Below are positions 43,878 to 47,751 of a stretch of DNA of 47,751 bases, piece by piece (position 1 is the stretch's first letter; every line of letters begins with the position of its first letter). A program made the translations under genes and the position numbers. The stretch is from positions 1 to 47,751 of IMG/VR virus record IMGVR_UViG_3300048853_000044. One strand, written 5' to 3'. This DNA comes from a virus (Duplodnaviria; Caudoviricetes). The notes beneath the pieces were generated by a model. It saw only the letters and a program-made list of their open reading frames with translations. It was not told the DNA's origin and did not search any database.

Positions 43878-43929
43878 CTAGCTTGGCTGGTAGGTGAGGC
43901 CGGTTTCCCGACCTCACCCACCGGACTAG
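43878..43929 (-). repeat. CTAG-bracketed GAAA-capped stem-loop element B
   Basis: Minus strand: CTAG-N6-GGGTGAGGTCGG-GAAA-CCGGCCTCACCTACC-N7-CTAG, with G-U pairs on this strand. Confidence 0.75.
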
Positions 43930-43933
43930 GAGC

Positions 43934-44017
43934 TTACCGGACGGTCAGGGTGATTCGGACCCTGATCGTCCACTGCGTCCCAGACCGGAATTCGATCTCG
44001 ATACCGATTATCGGCAT
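43934..44017 (-). CDS. 27-aa amphipathic beta-hairpin peptide MPIIGIEIEFRSGTQWTIRVRITLTVR (not in ORF track)
   Basis: AAGGAGAG RBS, GC-adapted codons, strict hydrophobic/polar alternation, TAA stop followed by element B. Confidence 0.75.
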   Translation of the reverse strand: MPIIGIEIEFRSGTQWTIRVRITLTVR

Positions 44018-44036
44018 CTCGCTCTCCTTCCGATCA

Positions 44037-44094
44037 CCAGTCGGAACCATTCCGACCGGCAAGAAGAACTTACGACAAAACGTCGTAACGGGGA
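44037..44094 (-). promoter_or_regulatory. candidate promoter TTCCCG-N16-TAAGTT with operator TTACGAC-N5-GTCGTAA (44070-44088) and leader hairpin (44037-44059)
   Basis: Perfect 7-bp inverted repeat over the spacer and -10; hairpin CCGGTCGGAA-TGG-TTCCGACTGG just before the RBS. Confidence 0.65.
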
Positions 44095-44133
44095 AGGGGA
44101 AATTGGCCGGCTAGATCAGTTTTTTTGACGTTC

Positions 44134-44505
44134 TCATCGAGCGCCGTTACGGGTGTTCCGCTTCACGTACCCGCTCCACCATTCGCTCCGATGATGGCCA
44201 CAGGACCCCGGCGCAGGCACTGCGCCAGGTGGATAGCGGACCCAGACGCAGTCGGCCTCGGGAGAGTCCAGGCGTGGCTTCAGCAGCACACCGGTGGCAG
44301 GGCCGCGGCAGACATGGCATCGCAGCCGACCAGCCATGGCCCCTAACGTCTCCGGCGCTGTCGGGAGTTCGAGGAGCCGCATCACCGCATAGGCCCGGAC
44401 GCCGTGCGTTCCGCAACTGGCGACCACCACCCAGGCGGCATAGGCGGACAGGCGCTCCTTCGCGCGCTCCCGCATCACCTTGTGCATCGACCAGTTGTGG
44501 GCCAA
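44134..44505 (-). CDS. putative zinc-ribbon protein
   Basis: ASCGTH...RLRCHVCRGP. Confidence 0.6.
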   Translation of the reverse strand: MAHNWSMHKVMRERAKERLSAYAAWVVVASCGTHGVRAYAVMRLLELPTAPETLGAMAGRLRCHVCRGPATGVLLKPRLDSPEADCVWVRYPPGAVPAPGSCGHHRSEWWSGYVKRNTRNGAR

Positions 44506-44508
44506 GGC

Positions 44509-44832
44509 TCAGCTCTGCAGCACGTCCTCGAGGACCGGCACTAGGATGGCAGTCCGGCTCAGGTGGAGCGGTGCATGCCCGCGGTCGGCAGGGCCCCATT
44601 CCAGCTCGGCCTGCCGGGGGCGTTCCCGGCAATGGGCGCAGCGAAGACGCTCGACCACCATCGGCATCAGCATCCAGGCCGGGATGGCGCGTGCCTCGAG
44701 CATATGGTCGATCGACCGGATCTTCGCGCCGCAGCGGCAGTGCGTGGAGAGCCACCAGCCCCGCCAGTCGCCCAGGCAGCTACCGGCTGGCGGCAAGACG
44801 ACAGACGGCTGATCATCCATCGTCGCGCTCAT
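44509..44832 (-). CDS. putative zinc-ribbon protein (paralog-like)
   Basis: THCRCG...RLRCAHCRERP; start at 44832 or 44820. Confidence 0.65.
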   Translation of the reverse strand: MSATMDDQPSVVLPPAGSCLGDWRGWWLSTHCRCGAKIRSIDHMLEARAIPAWMLMPMVVERLRCAHCRERPRQAELEWGPADRGHAPLHLSRTAILVPVLEDVLQS

Positions 44833-45049
44833 AGCGGCCGAGAGACAGCCGCGGCACGGGATGGCGGGCATGCACGGCGGCAATCTCCGCGGCCAGCGGC
44901 CGCAACCAGGTGGCCACCTCCGCCGGCACGGTCGCATGACCAATGGCCCAGCGCCGCACCGTGATGGCGGCGCAGGGCAGCGCCTCCGCCAGATAGGCAT
45001 AGCTCCAGGCCAGCTGCTCCATGCACTGCCGGAACTCGGCCGAGTTCAT
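44813..45049 (-). CDS. small HTH protein
   Basis: MNSAEFRQCMEQLAWSYAYLAEAL...TVRRWAIGHATVPAEVATWL. Confidence 0.7.
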   Translation of the reverse strand: MNSAEFRQCMEQLAWSYAYLAEALPCAAITVRRWAIGHATVPAEVATWLRPLAAEIAAVHARHPVPRLSLGRYERDDG

Positions 45050-45274
45050 GACCGGCACATCAGCGCCGTAGCGGCGCGCATGCAGGCTAGAAGGTGCTGA
45101 AGCGGCCCGTTTTCGGGCTGCGATGACCGTCATGGCGCGACCAACTCAGCGCGATAAATATTCGATCCCGTTTCCGTGTTGTCCAACTTAAGTAAGTGTC
45201 GTTTGATCATTGTGAGGAGTAAATGATCGAAATCTCTGGGATAATTTTCGATGTCGTCATCTTGGAAGGAGGAA

Positions 45275-45643
45275 ATGAAATCCTGTGTCCTCTTGGCAGA
45301 GGACAGCTTTAGCCATGCATGTGTCTTGGAAGGCTGCATGAAGAACAGCGGATTTTCTGTTCTCGGTCCATATCCGAGCATGCGAAACACATTGGACATG
45401 CTCAAGTGGGCGAAAGTGGATGTGGTCGTTTTCAACGCATCTCTGGCAGAGCCGAATGCAGCGGAAACACTGGCCACCTTTCTGGACGATTCAGAAATTC
45501 CATCAATCATGGTGAATTGGTCGCCTCTGCCGACAACCTCCCCGCTGCGGTTTAGCCGGCAAGAACTGCTGTGGCCGATGTCGGAAGAGGAGCTGACCCA
45601 AGCCGTGCGCGGCTTGCTAGACCGCGACCAAGGTCCAGTCTGA
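45275..45643 (+). CDS. single-domain pseudo-receiver (REC) protein
   Basis: VLLAED...GFSVLGP...DVVVFN...IPSIMV...WP; phosphoacceptor Asp position is Asn and KP is WP. Confidence 0.75.
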   Translation: MKSCVLLAEDSFSHACVLEGCMKNSGFSVLGPYPSMRNTLDMLKWAKVDVVVFNASLAEPNAAETLATFLDDSEIPSIMVNWSPLPTTSPLRFSRQELLWPMSEEELTQAVRGLLDRDQGPV

Positions 45644-45731
45644 CAACCAACTAGCACACGACAACGGCTTGTTACGTCACCGTGCGACGCATTTCCGCAA
45701 GGCCAGACCGATTGGCGTTGAGGCCGGCTAG

Positions 45732-45962
45732 CTAGCCGGAAGAGTTTCGCACGCGTTCTTCGCCTTTCAAAAAGGCGAGGCGATCGCGCGACTGCTGCAA
45801 AGTGCCACGATAGATCTCCAGCAGGTGGTATGCAGTTATTCGCCGCTGGGAAAACGGCTCTTGGCGCAAGAGAGCAACCACTAGCTCTTGCTGGACCACT
45901 CTCTCCCGTCCTTCGCGAACATGGCGTTCGGCCATTTGGAGCGGTGTTTCCTGTTTGCTCAT
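45732..45962 (-). CDS. small helical-hairpin hypothetical protein
   Basis: ETPLQMAERHVREGRERVVQQ motif recurrent in alphaproteobacterial small proteins; GAAGG RBS. Confidence 0.65.
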   Translation of the reverse strand: MSKQETPLQMAERHVREGRERVVQQELVVALLRQEPFSQRRITAYHLLEIYRGTLQQSRDRLAFLKGEERVRNSSG

Positions 45963-46182
45963 GGCCTTCAGCTTTTTTCCATGCCGATGATGCCAGCCTA
46001 TAGAGCATGCATCGCTCAAGGAATGGTAAGGCAAACAACCGCCTCTGGGCGCGATAACTGCCAGTTAACGCGACCAGATCTAGGTTCTCAGACACCGTTC
46101 CCAGATTGCCAGAAGAACTTTGGCATGAGAAAAACTGCGCCCGCTTCCATGACCTGCTCCCTGGCTGAGAAGAGGCTTTGTC

Positions 46183-46581
46183 ATGCACCACCCTTACGAT
46201 CCGCTTCTTGGAAGCCGCATTCTGGTGGTTGAGCCGTACTACTTCATGGCCTCCGAGTTGCAAAAGATTTTGCAAGACTCTGGAGCAATTGTAATTGGAC
46301 CTGTTCCAACCACCATGAAGGCGCTGGCCATACTGAAGGACAGCAATGTCGATGCAGTCGTCTTCAGCGCTATGTTGCAGGGTGCCGGTAATGAAGATGA
46401 TCTTGCATCGAGGCTGGACGACGAGGGCATCCCCTCGTTGCTGATAGATGCCAGCTTGTTTTCCCTCGATCACCCGTTGCTGCAGGATCGCGCTTGGGTG
46501 CCCTTTCCCAGCTGCGGCAGGCGCGTGCAGCAGGATGTGAGAAAGCTCCTGCAGATGCCTTTTGCCCGGCCGCAAAGGTGA
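46183..46581 (+). CDS. single-domain pseudo-receiver (REC) protein
   Basis: LLGSRILVVEP...GAIVIGP...AL...DAVVFS..L...LASRL...IP; ED becomes EP and the phosphoacceptor Asp position is Ser. Confidence 0.8.
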   Translation: MHHPYDPLLGSRILVVEPYYFMASELQKILQDSGAIVIGPVPTTMKALAILKDSNVDAVVFSAMLQGAGNEDDLASRLDDEGIPSLLIDASLFSLDHPLLQDRAWVPFPSCGRRVQQDVRKLLQMPFARPQR

Positions 46582-46720
46582 GCGCTGCACCGGCTGCGCA
46601 CGATAAGTCTCGCTTATTGCGCAAAGAGGCAGCGGAAACGGCGATGCCACAATGCTGCTCTTATAGTTTTGATATTGGTTCCTTTTAGGTGTCATTCCTT
46701 TGTCTTGAACATACGTTAAG

Positions 46721-46939
46721 ATGGCGCTCATGCCGCAGCTTGTCATCTGTTCCGACCATACGATCCGGGTCTCCGCGGTCGCCGCATTCGGTGACGGCTT
46801 ATGGATCTGCACAGCAGTCTTGACGATGAAAGAAACAGGGGAGACCTTCGAGGCGACCTCTGAGCCGTGCGTTGAGCCGCAAGCCTGTGTGACAGGGGTT
46901 ATCGACGAGGTCCGCCGGTTGGCCGGCCTTTCGAGGTAA
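46721..46939 (+). CDS. small beta-beta-beta-alpha hypothetical protein
   Basis: IRVSA...GLWICTA...ATSEP...DEVRRLA; similar to 47062-47274. Confidence 0.5.
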   Translation: MALMPQLVICSDHTIRVSAVAAFGDGLWICTAVLTMKETGETFEATSEPCVEPQACVTGVIDEVRRLAGLSR

Positions 46940-47061
46940 TCTCGGCCTGTCGTGCCGTTCACCAGCGCTTCCGCAGATGCCGCAGTCACCCTGTCTTTCC
47001 CCTGCCGATATATCATTTCGAAACTGTTTCTTTTGTTTCGGTGCAGGTTAAGCTCAGGGCT

Positions 47062-47274
47062 ATGGACGGGATAGCATTCCGAGTCGAGGCTGCAACGAAG
47101 ACGAGCTCGGCCATCACCTGCGATGGATGCTGGGTGGTCTGGGCAACTATAACGTTGCCTAGTTCAGTGATCACCGCTTGTTCGAAGCCACGTCGCTGCG
47201 AAGCCGATGCCGTTGAAGAGGCTACCCGCTTGGCCTGGCAAGTAGCCGGCTTTGATGTTGAGCGCCTCTCATAA
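47062..47274 (+). CDS. small beta-beta-beta-alpha hypothetical protein
   Basis: FRVEA...GCWVVWA...ACSKP...EEATRLA. Confidence 0.5.
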   Translation: MDGIAFRVEAATKTSSAITCDGCWVVWATITLPSSVITACSKPRRCEADAVEEATRLAWQVAGFDVERLS

Positions 47275-47472
47275 CTTCCTGTTATCGGTCTCACCTCATG
47301 CGGCGGCACAGTCGCAATCATCGGGGGTCTCCAGGGCATGCGCGGGGGCACATGGCGCAACCCTAGATGGCGAACATAACGGGAACAAGCCTCCTAAGAT
47401 GGTTTCCGCGCCGTTGCGCTTCCGTTCATGGAAAGCCGTATCGCGTTTCCAGCTAGTGCATTGTTTGCGGTC

Positions 47473-47501
47473 GGTTCTTTTTCTTCCACGAAAACACCTT
47501 C
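47473..47501. other. right prophage attachment junction (core site): GGTTCTTTTTCTT-CCACGAA-AACACCTTC
   Basis: Abrupt switch to GC-rich host coding sequence; AACACCTTC is the reverse complement of GAAGGTGTT at 113-121. Confidence 0.85.
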
Positions 47502-47751
47502 TCCGCCGCCGAGAGCCCCGGCTCGCCCCACCAGGGGTCGATGGCCGGCCCGGTCGCGCCGCCGTCGACACGGCATTTCGCCAGGGCGCGGCGGATGCTG
47601 TCGGGAATGGCCTCGGGCACCAGTTCGCGGACCAGCACCTGGCCGTTCCGGTCGATGATGCTGGCCAGGGCATGCGCCAGCCGCACTCCGGGATTGGCCA
47701 GCAGCCCGCCCCAGTTGCCGGAGTGGTGCCCGCCCTCGCGGTAGCGCACCC
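47486..47751 (-). pseudogene. 5' portion of host M20 family metallopeptidase (starts beyond the window end), truncated by the prophage
   Basis: REGGHHSGNWGGLLANPGVRLAHALASI...WWGEPGLSAAEKVFSW, then a phage-derived KKKNRPQTMH-stop at 47453. Confidence 0.88.

Larger units (their letters stand above)
122..47492. mobile_element. temperate lambda-like siphoprophage (~47.4 kb), apparently complete
   Basis: Full int-immunity-replication-packaging-head-tail-lysis gene set between two att-like junctions that split one host gene. Confidence 0.95.

Noticed and set aside
45130-47016. 628-aa minus-strand ORF
   Set aside because: It overlaps three plus-strand genes and one same-strand gene in another frame that have recognisable motifs. 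Its translation has no domain-like features and reads as antisense shadow. The length is curious but unsupported.
122-47492. CRISPR array, reverse transcriptase/DGR/retron, IS elements, tRNA or rRNA genes
   Set aside because: No regularly spaced repeats, YxDD-type RT ORF, transposase or cloverleaf was seen by eye; short or degenerate cases could have been missed without computation.

Overview
The window is almost entirely one apparently complete temperate, lambda-like siphoprophage (~122-47492) from a GC-rich bacterium, probably an alphaproteobacterium (inference from codon usage and gene families). It is integrated inside, and splits, a host M20-family metallopeptidase gene: the 5' part lies at the right edge and the 3' part at the left edge, both on the minus strand. 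Gene order is: tyrosine integrase/excisionase, early left operon with antirepressor, CI/Cro switch with five 16-bp operators, initiator plus Twinkle/T7-like primase-helicase, late regulator, cos-type packaging (Nu1/GpA terminase, lambda-type portal, ClpP-capsid fusion), non-contractile tail with a -1 frameshift chaperone, an esterase-bearing tail spike, RcGTA-like head-spike genes, two antisense free-standing homing endonucleases, holin/endolysin plus a GH26-like glycosidase, an O-acetyltransferase moron, and ~5.5 kb of small accessory genes that mostly occur as paralogous pairs. The best candidates for something new are: (i) an unannotated operator/leader-hairpin/27-aa amphipathic beta-hairpin peptide/structured element/HTH cassette at 43.0-44.1 kb, with a second, decayed copy next to it; (ii) an att site whose two 7-bp overlap copies differ only at synonymous positions of the interrupted host gene; (iii) a surface-carbohydrate toolkit (esterase spike, acetyltransferase, GH26, head spikes); (iv) two non-phosphorylatable receiver domains. 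All family assignments come from motif recognition by eye; no searches or folding programs were run.
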